NCBI GenBank assembly: GCA_934179675.1
Contig: CAKPQS010000001.1
Coordinates: 10,154-74,153 of the forward strand
Direction: 5' to 3'
Source: an uncultured Bacilli bacterium
GTDB taxonomy: Bacteria; Bacillota_I; Bacilli_A; RF39; UBA660
DNA length: 64,000 nucleotides
Below the pieces are notes generated by a model. It saw only the letters and a list, made by a program, of their open reading frames with translations, was not told where the DNA came from and did no database searches. Numbering within the stretch: position 1 is the stretch's first letter; every line of letters starts with the position of its first letter. Shown one piece after another: positions 38,293 through 48,691 of this stretch. Position numbers and translations under genes: made by a program.

Positions 38293-39067
38293 TTTTACTA
38301 ATCACTTCCTTAGCTAAATTTATATAAGCTTCTGTGCCTCTACTTTGAAAATCGTAAGCTAATATTGGTTTGCCATGACTTGGTGCTTCAGATAATCTTA
38401 CAAGTCTAGGAATAATAGTTTCATAAACTTTTTCCTTAAAATAACTTTTTACTTCTTCTACAACTTCTAATCCCAAATTAGTTCTACTGTCCAACATAGT
38501 TAATAAGACACCTTCTATTTCCAATTTTGGATTTATATCTCTTTGAGCAAGTACAATTGTATTTAAAAGTTGCATTATTCCTTCAAGTGCAAAGAATTCA
38601 CATTGAACAGGAATAATTACTGAATCAGATGCCATTAGAGCATTTAATGTCAAAAGTTCCAATGAAGGTGGACAATCAATTATAATGTAATCAAAATTTT
38701 CTTTGGCTTGATCTAAATACTTCTTTAATTGAGCGTTTTTTACAAATGTTGGATCAAGTCTACTCTTTTCCATTAATTCAAAATTAACACCTGCTAAATT
38801 TATGTATGATGGTATTATATACAAATTTTGAAATTTTGTTTTTATAATAACATCTTTTAATTCACACTTATCTGTCAATAATTCATAAATACTATTTTCA
38901 AAGTTAGATTTATGAATTCCAAGTCCAGTAGAAGAATTACCTTGTGGATCTAAATCAACAAGTAATACTTTCTTTTTTAAATATCCTAATGAAGCAGCTA
39001 AATTAATACTAGTTGTTGTTTTTCCTACTCCACCTTTTTGATTAACTAATGCAATTATTTTTCCCAT
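38282..39067 (-). CDS. parA: Chromosome partitioning ATPase ParA (Soj)
   Basis: Deviant Walker A KGGVGKTT, DLDPQGN, and DCPPSLE (Walker B'); start at MGKIIAL with a GGTGA RBS. Confidence 0.85.
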   Translation of the reverse strand: MGKIIALVNQKGGVGKTTTSINLAASLGYLKKKVLLVDLDPQGNSSTGLGIHKSNFENSIYELLTDKCELKDVIIKTKFQNLYIIPSYINLAGVNFELMEKSRLDPTFVKNAQLKKYLDQAKENFDYIIIDCPPSLELLTLNALMASDSVIIPVQCEFFALEGIMQLLNTIVLAQRDINPKLEIEGVLLTMLDSRTNLGLEVVEEVKSYFKEKVYETIIPRLVRLSEAPSHGKPILAYDFQSRGTEAYINLAKEVISKNGN

Positions 39068-39251
39068 GTACATCACCATTTCTATTCATATATATATGAT
39101 ATCATATTTTTATTTTTTTTTCGATAGTTTTATTTAATATTTTTTTACTTTTATTTATAACTTACTTTACACAAAATTAAATTTATTTAATTAATAAAAT
39201 AATAATTATTTTATTATATTTAAAATAATAGTTATTTTAAATACATAAAAG

Positions 39252-39908
39252 TCATTTTTTACTAAATTTATCTATTAATTTTTCATGTAATAATTCTTCC
39301 GTATTGCTCAAATTTGTTTCTTCTATTCTATCCACTCTACATCTTTCTGCTACAATGATAGATTGCATTTTTGATACAGCTTCATCTAGAATATTATTAA
39401 CTATTACATAATTATATTTTGATATTTCGTTTATTTCTTTATATGCAGTTTTAAATCTTTCTAGTATTTTTTCAGTACTTTCAGTACCTCTTTTAATAAG
39501 TCTATTTTTTAATTCTTCCATACTTGGTGGCAAAATAAATATAAAAATTGCATCTGGATATATTTTTTTCACTTTTAGAGCACCTTGTACTTCAATAACT
39601 AAAACAACATCAATCCCTTTATTTAAATTTTCTTCTATTTTATATAAAGGTGTTCCATAATAATTGTTATTGTAAATTGCATATTCTAAAAAATCATTAT
39701 TTTTTATTTTATTTTCAAATTCTTCTTTTGTTAAATAAAAATAATTAATTCCATCTTCTTCACCTTTTCTTATTTCTCTTGATGTACAAGAAATAGAAAT
39801 CCACATATTGTTATTTTTTTCTTTTACTAAATTACAAACACTATCTTTTCCAGCACCTGAAGGGCCTGAAACTACAATTAATAATCCTCTTTTTTTGAAT
39901 TTAATCAT
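39252..39908 (-). CDS. gmk: Guanylate kinase
   Basis: GLLIVVSGPSGAGKDSV P-loop, ...YGTP, and GIDVVLVIEVQGA; 218 aa aligning along the length of Gmk. Confidence 0.8.
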   Translation of the reverse strand: MIKFKKRGLLIVVSGPSGAGKDSVCNLVKEKNNNMWISISCTSREIRKGEEDGINYFYLTKEEFENKIKNNDFLEYAIYNNNYYGTPLYKIEENLNKGIDVVLVIEVQGALKVKKIYPDAIFIFILPPSMEELKNRLIKRGTESTEKILERFKTAYKEINEISKYNYVIVNNILDEAVSKMQSIIVAERCRVDRIEETNLSNTEELLHEKLIDKFSKK

Positions 39909-39967
39909 AATTAACCTCGCTTTTTATATTGTATCAAATTATTGAAAAAAAATAAACAAAAAGAACA

Positions 39968-41944
39968 CTATTTACTAGCGTCCTTTAATTCTTTAATAAT
40001 ATCTTCTTTTTTAGTTGAACTTATACTTATATTATTATCTTCTGCATATTTTTTTAGTTCAACAACTGTCATATCATCAAAAGAAATATCATCTTCTTTT
40101 GGTAAAGAACCTGTCTTAACTAAACTATCAATTTCTTCTTTAGTTAAAGTTTCTTTCTCAATTAAAGTTTTGGCAATTAATTCAAGTAAATCCATATTAT
40201 CTTTAATTATTTTTTCAGTTACCTTATATTGTTCATTGATAATTCTTCTCATTTCTTCGTCAATTTGAAATGCTATTTGACCGCTGAAATTACGACTCTT
40301 ATTATAATCTCTACCTAGAAAAACACTACCTTCGCTTTGTTGTTCAAATTGAACAGGTCCTAAACTACTCATTCCATATTCTGTAACCATGGCACGAGCA
40401 ATTTTAGTAGCTTTTTCAAAATCATTATGAGCACCTGTAGTCATTTCACCAAATTTTAATACTTCAGCAACACGTCCTCCAAGTAAGCCACTAATAGTTT
40501 CTAAAAGTTCTTTTTTTGTAGATAAATAAGTTTCTTCTTTAGGAAGCATCAAATTATAACCACCAGCTTGACCACGTGGAATAATTGTTATTTTCTGAAC
40601 GTCATGAGCTCCATCAAGTTTAATACCAACAACAGCATGTCCTGCTTCATGGTATGCAACAACCTCTTTTTCATGTTCAGTATATTTATGAGTAACTTTA
40701 GCAGGTCCCATTAAAACCCTATCTTGTGCTTCATCTATTTCAGCCATAGAAATTTTATCTTTATTTCTTCTTACAGCAAGTAAAGCAGCTTCATTTAATA
40801 AGTTTTCAAGATCAGCTCCGCTAAATCCAGCAGTTCTTTTTGCTAAATTAGCAAGATTAACACCTCTATTAAAGTATTTACCTTTAGCATGAACAGCAAG
40901 TATTTCTTCTCTGCCTTTAACATCTGGTAAATTAACAGTAATTTGTCTATCAAATCTTCCTGGTCTTAAAAGAGCAGGATCTAAAACATCCGGTCTATTA
41001 GTAGCTGCAAGTATTATAATACCTTCATTAGCACCAAAACCATCCATTTCAGTTAATAATTGATTTAACGTTTGTTCTCTTTCATCATGTCCTCCACCAA
41101 GACCAGCACCTCTTTGGCGACCTACAGCATCTATTTCATCGATAAATATTAAACAAGGAGCGTTATGTTTAGCTTGTCTAAACATATCACGAACACGCGA
41201 AGCACCAATACCAACAAAAAGTTCGACAAAATCAGATCCGCTTATAAAATAAAATGGAACATTTGCTTCTCCAGCAACGGCTCTAGCAAGTAATGTTTTA
41301 CCAGTACCAGGAGGCCCAACTAATAAAACACCTTTAGGAATTCTTGCTCCCATTTTTTGAAATTTTTTAGGTTCTTTTAAGAAGTCGATTAATTCTTGAA
41401 CTTCTTCTTTTTCTTCTTCTAATCCAGCAACGTCTTTAAATGTTACTTTATTTCCGCCGTCACTTAAACGAGCTCTACTGCGGCCAAAATCCATTGATTT
41501 ATTTGCACTACCCATTTGTTTTGACAAAAAAACAAATATAACAACACCAAAGATCAAAAATGGTAATATATTTACAACGAAATACAAAACAGTACTTGAT
41601 CCTGGATCACGTGATGCTTTAATAGAAAAATTATATTCATTTGCTAATTCGTAAATGTTACCTACAACAGCATCGGAATTGGCAATAGAAAAAGTAAATG
41701 TTTCTTTTTCGCCATAACTATTTAGTTTACCTGTAATAGTATAAATTCCAGCTGAACTATTGGAAGTTATATCTATATATTTAATTTTATTAGCTTCATC
41801 TTCACTTTTAGCATAATTCAAAAATTGTTCATAAGTAATTTCATTTGTCTTATATCCTGTACCATTTAAAAAACCAAGTACAAGCATAACTACTAAAAAG
41901 AAAGCTAGATAAGGTATTAAACCTTTTTTAACATTATTTTTCAT
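39968..41944 (-). CDS. ftsH: ATP-dependent zinc metalloprotease FtsH
   Basis: Two N-terminal TMs, AAA+ module ([23 protein letters not shown]), and the HEAGHAV zinc motif; 658 aa. Confidence 0.9.
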   Translation of the reverse strand: MKNNVKKGLIPYLAFFLVVMLVLGFLNGTGYKTNEITYEQFLNYAKSEDEANKIKYIDITSNSSAGIYTITGKLNSYGEKETFTFSIANSDAVVGNIYELANEYNFSIKASRDPGSSTVLYFVVNILPFLIFGVVIFVFLSKQMGSANKSMDFGRSRARLSDGGNKVTFKDVAGLEEEKEEVQELIDFLKEPKKFQKMGARIPKGVLLVGPPGTGKTLLARAVAGEANVPFYFISGSDFVELFVGIGASRVRDMFRQAKHNAPCLIFIDEIDAVGRQRGAGLGGGHDEREQTLNQLLTEMDGFGANEGIIILAATNRPDVLDPALLRPGRFDRQITVNLPDVKGREEILAVHAKGKYFNRGVNLANLAKRTAGFSGADLENLLNEAALLAVRRNKDKISMAEIDEAQDRVLMGPAKVTHKYTEHEKEVVAYHEAGHAVVGIKLDGAHDVQKITIIPRGQAGGYNLMLPKEETYLSTKKELLETISGLLGGRVAEVLKFGEMTTGAHNDFEKATKIARAMVTEYGMSSLGPVQFEQQSEGSVFLGRDYNKSRNFSGQIAFQIDEEMRRIINEQYKVTEKIIKDNMDLLELIAKTLIEKETLTKEEIDSLVKTGSLPKEDDISFDDMTVVELKKYAEDNNISISSTKKEDIIKELKDASK

Positions 41945-43223
41945 TTTCTTCCTCCAAACAGTATAAAAGTATTATATCATACTTTTCATCTTTTGTTTTA
42001 CAAAATTTTGATTTTTTCACACCTGGTAACCACAATATATTATTTGAACTATCTAAAACAATTGGAAAACTATTTCTATCGCTTATTTTATTATCAATAA
42101 AAATATCTGATACTTTTTTATTATAACTATTTTTAATATTAATTCTATCACCTTTATTATAATTTCTTACATGTAAAGGCAAATTAATTTCTTTAGAATC
42201 TAATTTACAAACATAATTAGAATTATCTGTAGTATCTTCAATTTTCTTAATAATATAACCATTATCTAGTTTAACATAATTATTTAGTTCATATAAATAG
42301 TTACTTTTTTCCTTAAATACACCCAATTTATTATATTTTCTTTCTAAAGTAATACCAGGCAAATTAATTATAACATTTTTTTTACTAGATGAAATAACTT
42401 TTTTTACAAATTCAATATGTCGTGTATTAATATTATCGGAAATATTAACTAAATATTTATAAATAATGTTATCAATAATTAATTCATCTTCTTTTAAAAG
42501 TAAAGGAATATTAATCTCATCATTTACTATAGATGGATAAATCTTATCAATATATGAATTAATAAAATTATCATATTTATTTAATATATTTGAAAATTGT
42601 AAAAATTTAATATGAGCATCTTTATTTATTTCTTTATATACAGGCAAAACTTTATGTCTAAATTTATTTCTTAAATAATCAGTATTATTATTGCTAGAAT
42701 CAATTGCATAAGGAATATTATTTTTTTTAACATATTCCATTATTTCATCTTTACTATACCAAACTAATGGTCTAAAAATAGTATAATTTTCTCTTTCAGA
42801 AATATATTTAAATCCTGCATATCCTTCTAAACTGGAACCTCTAACTAATCTATATAATATAGTTTCCATTAAATCGTCACCATGATGAGCTGTTAATAAA
42901 TTTTTATATTTATATTTTTTTAAAACAGATTCAAAAAACATATATCTTTTTTCTCTTGCTTCTGCTTCAAAATTAATCCCACTATACTCTGATATTTCAT
43001 ATAACTCAAAAGGAATTTTGTTTTTTAAACAAAAATTTTTTACCATAATAGCTTCTGAATCACTTTCAGCTCTAACTTTGTGATTAACATGAGCACATAC
43101 AATGTTTTTTAAACTTGATTTTAATAGGACATCAAAAAGGGCCATTGAATCTGGTCCACCAGAACATGCAATTACAACACCATCATCAATATATTTATTT
43201 ATAAAATCCAAAGCTTTATCCAT
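41934..43223 (-). CDS. tilS: tRNA(Ile)-lysidine synthetase TilS
   Basis: PP-loop VIACSGGPDSMAL; conserved position upstream of ftsH. Confidence 0.8.
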   Translation of the reverse strand: MDKALDFINKYIDDGVVIACSGGPDSMALFDVLLKSSLKNIVCAHVNHKVRAESDSEAIMVKNFCLKNKIPFELYEISEYSGINFEAEAREKRYMFFESVLKKYKYKNLLTAHHGDDLMETILYRLVRGSSLEGYAGFKYISERENYTIFRPLVWYSKDEIMEYVKKNNIPYAIDSSNNNTDYLRNKFRHKVLPVYKEINKDAHIKFLQFSNILNKYDNFINSYIDKIYPSIVNDEINIPLLLKEDELIIDNIIYKYLVNISDNINTRHIEFVKKVISSSKKNVIINLPGITLERKYNKLGVFKEKSNYLYELNNYVKLDNGYIIKKIEDTTDNSNYVCKLDSKEINLPLHVRNYNKGDRINIKNSYNKKVSDIFIDNKISDRNSFPIVLDSSNNILWLPGVKKSKFCKTKDEKYDIILLYCLEEENEK

Positions 43224-43226
43224 AAA

Positions 43227-43877
43227 TCACCACTTAATTTCTTTTAAACCTTCACTTTTTAAAATATTATTTACTTTAGAAAATGGTTTACTTCCAAAAA
43301 ATCCCCTATAACAAGATAAAGGAGATGGATGTACGCTCTCTATTATATAGTTTTTTTTAGTATTAATCAATACCTTTTTACTTCGTGCAAAACTTCCCCA
43401 TAATACAAATATTACATGACCACGATTGGATAATTTTTGAATAACAACATCAGTAAATTTTTCCCAATTTAAAAACGAATGTGATAGTGGCTTATCTTTT
43501 TCAACAGTAAGAATTGAATTTAAAAGTAAAACACCTTGGTATGCCCAATCAGATAAATCTGTTTTACTTCTTTTTATGCCTAAATCATCATACAATTCCT
43601 TAAATATATTATTAAGTGATGGTGGCATTTTAATACCTTCCTTGACAGAAAAAGATAATCCATGAGCTTCATTTTCTCCATGATAAGGATCTTGACCCAA
43701 AATTACTACTTTAACATATTTAAAAGGTGTATAAATGAAAGCATTAAATACATTTTGTTCTAAAGGAAAAATAGTTTTTGTTTTATATTCTTTTTTTACT
43801 TCTTCAAGTAAATCTAAAAACCATTTTTCATTCATTACATCTTTTAAAACAATATCCCAATCATTACCAAACATCAT
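43227..43877 (-). CDS. ung: Uracil-DNA glycosylase (family 1)
   Basis: VVILGQDPYHG (water-activating loop) and HPSPLS (HPSPL motif); 216 aa. Confidence 0.85.
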   Translation of the reverse strand: MMFGNDWDIVLKDVMNEKWFLDLLEEVKKEYKTKTIFPLEQNVFNAFIYTPFKYVKVVILGQDPYHGENEAHGLSFSVKEGIKMPPSLNNIFKELYDDLGIKRSKTDLSDWAYQGVLLLNSILTVEKDKPLSHSFLNWEKFTDVVIQKLSNRGHVIFVLWGSFARSKKVLINTKKNYIIESVHPSPLSCYRGFFGSKPFSKVNNILKSEGLKEIKW

Positions 43878-45175
43878 TTACCATACTCCTCATATTCTTG
43901 AATAACATCTTTTCTTAAAGCAAACATTGCGTATATGTTAATTAGCGCTAATAAAGCGATAAACATATCAACTAAATTCCATAAAATTTGACTAGATATA
44001 ACTGATCCTATAAAAACAACTATAACTGTTCCTAATTTAATTATTAAATTACCTTTATTACTTTTAAAAATATGTTTAAAACATGCTTCTCCATAATAAT
44101 AACCTGTTAATATAGTTGAAAAGCTAAACATAAATACACACATAAATAGTGAAATTGAACCAAATGAACCAAAATGATAATCAAAGGCATTTTGAGCAAA
44201 TTCAATACCATTTGCATCAATTATATCTGTTAATGTTGGACCAAGCAAAATGATCATTGCTGTAGAAGTACATATAATAAGTGTTGTTACATATATACCA
44301 AGCATTTGAACATATCCTAAAGATGCTGGATATTTAGTATCACTAATACTAGAAGCAATCGCTCCTGTTCCAATTCCTGCTTCACTCGAAAAAACACTTC
44401 TTTTTATGCCTGTTAAAATAACGCCGCCTATTAAAGCACCTAATCCTGCTTTTAAACTGAATGCATTTTTAATTATAGTATTTAAAACTATAGGTACATC
44501 GTTTATGTTTTTTAAAACAGCATAAAAAGATAAACTTAAATAAAATATTCCCATTATTGGTACTAATTTATTAGTAAAACTAGTAATTCTATCTATTCCC
44601 CCAAATATAATGAATGAAATTAAAATAGCAAGTAAACTACCAATAATATATGATAAATATTGGATATTTGAAAATATTTCAAAATTTCCTACTGATTTAG
44701 TAATTGTATTAGATTGAATAGCTATAAAAAAACAAACATAAGCAATAATTATTGTAATTGAATATAAAATTCCTAACCATCTCTTTTTTAAACCTTTTTC
44801 AATATAATAAGATGGTCCTCCAACGAAAACATTTCCATCTTTAATATGATATTTTGATGCAAGTACCGTTTCAGAAAATGTCAAAATAGAACCAATAAAT
44901 GCCATAATCCATAACCAAAATATTGTTCCACTTCCACCTATATAAATAGCAAGTGCAACTCCACTAATACTGCCTACACCAATTCTTCCTGCTAAAGAAA
45001 GCATGAGAGCACTAAAAGGAGATACTTTAGCATTAGAATCATTTCTAATAATATTTTTTAGCATCTCCTTAAAATTGAATTGAGCTCCTTTTAATTTAAA
45101 TGTAAAATACAAAGATGATAAAATCATTATAATAACAACAAAAATCCATAAATAATTATTAATAATTTCTATCAT
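43874..45175 (-). CDS. Alanine/glycine:cation symporter (AGCS) family transporter
   Basis: GGSGTIFWLWIMAFIG matches the AGCS signature; ~11 TM; 433 aa. Confidence 0.8.
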   Translation of the reverse strand: MIEIINNYLWIFVVIIMILSSLYFTFKLKGAQFNFKEMLKNIIRNDSNAKVSPFSALMLSLAGRIGVGSISGVALAIYIGGSGTIFWLWIMAFIGSILTFSETVLASKYHIKDGNVFVGGPSYYIEKGLKKRWLGILYSITIIIAYVCFFIAIQSNTITKSVGNFEIFSNIQYLSYIIGSLLAILISFIIFGGIDRITSFTNKLVPIMGIFYLSLSFYAVLKNINDVPIVLNTIIKNAFSLKAGLGALIGGVILTGIKRSVFSSEAGIGTGAIASSISDTKYPASLGYVQMLGIYVTTLIICTSTAMIILLGPTLTDIIDANGIEFAQNAFDYHFGSFGSISLFMCVFMFSFSTILTGYYYGEACFKHIFKSNKGNLIIKLGTVIVVFIGSVISSQILWNLVDMFIALLALINIYAMFALRKDVIQEYEEYGK

Positions 45176-45963
45176 ATATCCATCCCATTAGCAATTTTTA
45201 TGAACATTTCTAAACTTAAAGTTTCAGCTCTTACTTGTAAAGAAAGTCCATTTTCCTTTAAAATTTTATCAATTTTTTCTAAATCATAACCAATTAAATT
45301 ATTTTTTAAAGTTTTGCGTTTATATTTAAAACTATCTCTTACTAATTTGAAAAACAATTCTTCGTTTTTTACATAAATTTTATTTTGTTTTTTAGAAAGT
45401 TCGATGACCATACTATCAACATTTGGTACTGGTACGAATACATTTCTTGGAACATTAATTAATTTTTTTATATCATAATAATAATTTAAAAATACAGTTA
45501 ATGAATTATATTCATGATCTCCTGATTTGGCATTAAATCTTTCAGCTACTTCTTTTTGAACCATAATTACCAATTTGCTAACATCAATATTTTCGTTTAT
45601 AAATTTTAAAATAATTGGTGTAGTAATATAATAAGGTAAATTTGAAACCATTATTTTTTTTGAATAATTATATTTATTAATTATTTCATTAACATTGGTA
45701 TCTAAAAAATCACCATATATTACTTCTACATTATTATATTCATTTAGTTTAGAATCAAGAATATTTTTTAAGCTTTCATCAATCTCAAAAGCTATTAAAT
45801 GTCCTGACTTTTTAGCAAGTTCACATGTTAAAGCACCTGCACCAGGACCTATTTCTAAAACTAAAGTATCATTATCTACATTCGATTTATAAACAATGCT
45901 TTCAATAATTCTTTTATCTTTTAAAAAATTTTGACCATATTTTTTTTTAAAGTTAAAATCCAT
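45172..45963 (-). CDS. rsmA: 16S rRNA (adenine1518/1519-N6)-dimethyltransferase RsmA/KsgA
   Basis: YGQNFL, VLEIGPGAGALT (SAM motif) and NLPYYITTPI. Confidence 0.85.
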   Translation of the reverse strand: MDFNFKKKYGQNFLKDKRIIESIVYKSNVDNDTLVLEIGPGAGALTCELAKKSGHLIAFEIDESLKNILDSKLNEYNNVEVIYGDFLDTNVNEIINKYNYSKKIMVSNLPYYITTPIILKFINENIDVSKLVIMVQKEVAERFNAKSGDHEYNSLTVFLNYYYDIKKLINVPRNVFVPVPNVDSMVIELSKKQNKIYVKNEELFFKLVRDSFKYKRKTLKNNLIGYDLEKIDKILKENGLSLQVRAETLSLEMFIKIANGMDI

Positions 45964-46613
45964 TACCAACCCCACCTTAATACTGTAAATTTTGTATTAT
46001 TATTTGTTACATGTGCTGTTATAGATTCACCTGTAAAAGCTAAATCTATTAATACATTTCCATATAATCGCCATGCATTTCTCATAGCAATACCAGTATC
46101 CATACAAACTCCAATTATATCCATATTATCATTTACAACATGAATAATTGTTCCACATGGAAATAATGTTGGATCACTTGCTAAAATATGTATTTTACCA
46201 TATTCTTTATCATTAAAAAAAGTACTTTCAACATCATTAGTCAAATAGTGATAATTTCCATCACTATCTGGACAATATAATAAACCTGTACATCCATAAC
46301 AATCAGGACCATATCCAGTTAATTTTCCAGTATAATCTGCTTCTGGACCAGTTCCTATAACAACTTGTTCTGTTATACTTTCAAAAACTTGGACTTCACC
46401 AGTAGTTAAATTTGTAATAATTTTACCATTTTGACCAGCAACTAATACATTCTTATTATTTTTAGGTATCGAATCATCATATGTTTCAATTGTATCATAT
46501 TTAATTATTTCTGTTTTAATTATATCTCTTTTTGTATATTTATCAACACCATATATTAAAGTAATAGAAATTACTATATACATGATATCTAAAAGTCTCT
46601 TTTTCATAAGCAC
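45963..46613 (-). CDS. 3D-domain protein (YabE-like, RlpA-type double-psi beta-barrel), membrane-anchored
   Basis: N-terminal TM; the C-terminal region GTIIHVVNDNMDIIGVCMDTGIAMRNAW... has the conserved Asp pattern of the 3D domain. Position between tatD and rsmA matches B. subtilis yabE. Confidence 0.5.
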   Translation of the reverse strand: MLMKKRLLDIMYIVISITLIYGVDKYTKRDIIKTEIIKYDTIETYDDSIPKNNKNVLVAGQNGKIITNLTTGEVQVFESITEQVVIGTGPEADYTGKLTGYGPDCYGCTGLLYCPDSDGNYHYLTNDVESTFFNDKEYGKIHILASDPTLFPCGTIIHVVNDNMDIIGVCMDTGIAMRNAWRLYGNVLIDLAFTGESITAHVTNNNTKFTVLRWGW

Positions 46614-46634
46614 CTCAAATATATATTACACTAA

Positions 46635-47366
46635 TTATATATTTAAGTCAAATAATCTAATAGCATTGCGAGTGGTAATATTTAACACTTCTTCATAAGA
46701 AATGCCTTTAATTTGTGCGATTTGTTGAGCTACTAAACATATATTTTTAGGTTCATTTTTTTGACCTCTAAAAGGGCTTAAAAAAGGACTATCTGTTTCT
46801 AACACTATACGTTCAAGTGGTAATTTTTTTACAACGTCAACTAATTTATTGTTTTTAAAAGTTAGAACTCCACCTATACCAAAATAAGTATCAAGTTTGA
46901 TTAATTCATTAGCGCTTTCAATACTACCACTATAGCAATGAAATACTTTTCTAACATCTTTATAATTTTTTAAAATATTTATAGTATCATTAATTGCATC
47001 TCTACTATGAATAACAACTGCTTTATTGTATTTTTTTGCTAAATCTAGTTGCGTTTTAAATAAACAAATTTGTTTATCTCGTGTTTCCTTTTCATAATGA
47101 TAATCAAGACCTATTTCACCTATTCCTACTATCTTATTAATATTCATTTCTATAAAATTCAGATCACTTTTTTTATATTCTAAAACAGCCTCCGGATGAA
47201 TTCCTAAAGTTATAAAAACATTTTTATATTTTAAATTTAATACTTCTCTGTTTGTAGAATCATCTGTTCCACTAACTATTATATAGCCATTAAAAGAATT
47301 AATAATGTTTATCTTTTCTTCATCAGTATAATACTCTTTAAATAAATGAGCATGTGTATCGATCAT
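46635..47366 (-). CDS. tatD: TatD-family metal-dependent DNase/hydrolase (YabD)
   Basis: MIDTHAHL (HxH metal site), GEIGLDY and VLETDSPF; 243 aa. Confidence 0.85.
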   Translation of the reverse strand: MIDTHAHLFKEYYTDEEKINIINSFNGYIIVSGTDDSTNREVLNLKYKNVFITLGIHPEAVLEYKKSDLNFIEMNINKIVGIGEIGLDYHYEKETRDKQICLFKTQLDLAKKYNKAVVIHSRDAINDTINILKNYKDVRKVFHCYSGSIESANELIKLDTYFGIGGVLTFKNNKLVDVVKKLPLERIVLETDSPFLSPFRGQKNEPKNICLVAQQIAQIKGISYEEVLNITTRNAIRLFDLNI

Positions 47367-47437
47367 AAAATCACCTTCATAAAATATTTTAACATAATAT
47401 ATAGAAAAAATCCAAAAAGAAAATGCACTATGTGCAT

Positions 47438-47599
47438 CTAATATACAAAATTTTTAATTATAATATATTCAGCAGTAACTGCATTTAAACTAAGACAAAA
47501 TAATAATCCAACAGTTTTAAAATCAAGGATCATCATTATTAAGAAGAAAAACATACAAAAGCCATAAACATACATCATTTTATTAACATTTTCTACCAT
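47438..47599 (-). CDS. small hydrophobic peptide (53 aa), candidate unannotated membrane micro-protein
   Basis: Not in the ORF track (<60 aa). Translates to MVENVNKMMYVYGFCMFFFLIMMILDFKTVGLLFCLSLNAVTAEYIIIKNFVY. GGTGGGTGG lies 7 nt upstream. It is followed by the hairpin ATGCACtatGTGCAT plus a T-rich tract. Confidence 0.3.
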   Translation of the reverse strand: MVENVNKMMYVYGFCMFFFLIMMILDFKTVGLLFCLSLNAVTAEYIIIKNFVY

Positions 47600-47678
47600 A
47601 TTTTTCCACCCACCATTTTTATTTTAACATATTATTAGATAAATAAACAATATTAAATACAAGTCATTTTACGACATT

Positions 47679-48143
47679 TTACATTAAAGTACTACCAATG
47701 CCACCATTTCTCTTACCAAAAGAATTATCATCATCTATGGTTAAATAGTTCATAAACACCCCTTGAGCAAAACGAGTTCCTTTTTTTATTTCAAAATCAT
47801 TATCAGATGTATTTTCAATAACAAAAATAATATTTCCTTCATTATCTGGATTATTATAATAATCAGAATCAATGACACCGACGCTATTTTTTAAAACTAA
47901 ACCATATTTAATTGCAAAGCTACTTCTAATATATAAATATAAAACATCTCTTTCTTCCATACAGGCTTTAACCCCAGTAAAAATTTTTAGACATTCTCCC
48001 TTTTTTATTATAAAATCAGAAGGTGCAAAAAAATCATAACCTGCACTTTTTTTAGTACTTCTAGAAGGTAAATCAAAATCGTATAATGATTTATCATAAT
48101 TTTTTTCAAATTCATTTAAACTAACTTTTTCAAAACATCTCAT
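47679..48143 (-). CDS. dut: dUTP diphosphatase (trimeric dUTPase)
   Basis: SAGYDFFAP, IRSSFAIKYGL, GVIDSDYYNN (motif III GVIDxDYRG) and a C-terminal GG...FG motif V. Confidence 0.7.
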   Translation of the reverse strand: MRCFEKVSLNEFEKNYDKSLYDFDLPSRSTKKSAGYDFFAPSDFIIKKGECLKIFTGVKACMEERDVLYLYIRSSFAIKYGLVLKNSVGVIDSDYYNNPDNEGNIIFVIENTSDNDFEIKKGTRFAQGVFMNYLTIDDDNSFGKRNGGIGSTLM

Positions 48144-48147
48144 AAAA

Positions 48148-48651
48148 TCACTCCTCTAAATATTTAGATATAAATTTAGAAACAAATTTACATAATTCGA
48201 AGTCATTATTCGTAATATCATCATCAAAAATAACAACAATACCACAGACATCACTATTACTTATAATTGATGAATAACAATAATGATTAGAAAAAACATT
48301 TGAACAAATACAAATTTCCTTATTTCCTATTTTACTTGTTCTAGAAAACATTAAAATATCCAAATCATCACTGATTTCTTTATCAATTAAATATTTATTT
48401 CCTGCAACTATTCTACTAGTATCAGTAATAATAAAACTTTTTTTTGTATAACCTAAAACAGAATTAGCAAGCATATCAAATAAATCTTTTTTATCATCAA
48501 AAATATTAAATTTACTTAAAACAATATCTCTATCATTCATAAATATTTCTAAACTATCTCCTGCTTTTATTTTTAAATTTTTTCTTATTTCTTTTGGTAA
48601 AACTATTCGACCTAGTTCATCTATTCTTCTAACTACACCAGTAGATTTCAT
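48148..48651 (-). CDS. spoVT: Stage V sporulation protein T (AbrB-type swapped-hairpin N-domain + GAF-like C-domain)
   Basis: N-terminus KSTGVVRRIDELGRIVLPKEIRKNLKIKAGDSLEIF is the AbrB/SpoVT DNA-binding domain; ~170 aa; located next to mfd as in B. subtilis. Confidence 0.75.
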   Translation of the reverse strand: MKSTGVVRRIDELGRIVLPKEIRKNLKIKAGDSLEIFMNDRDIVLSKFNIFDDKKDLFDMLANSVLGYTKKSFIITDTSRIVAGNKYLIDKEISDDLDILMFSRTSKIGNKEICICSNVFSNHYCYSSIISNSDVCGIVVIFDDDITNNDFELCKFVSKFISKYLEE

Positions 48652-48691
48652 TAAATGCCTCACTTTCTAAATATATTGTGAAACATTTATT

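Noticed and set aside
39942-40268. 108-aa plus-strand ORF.
   Set aside because: It lies entirely antisense within the ftsH C-terminal coding region, has a low-complexity S/I/L-rich translation and no RBS. It is a spurious shadow ORF.
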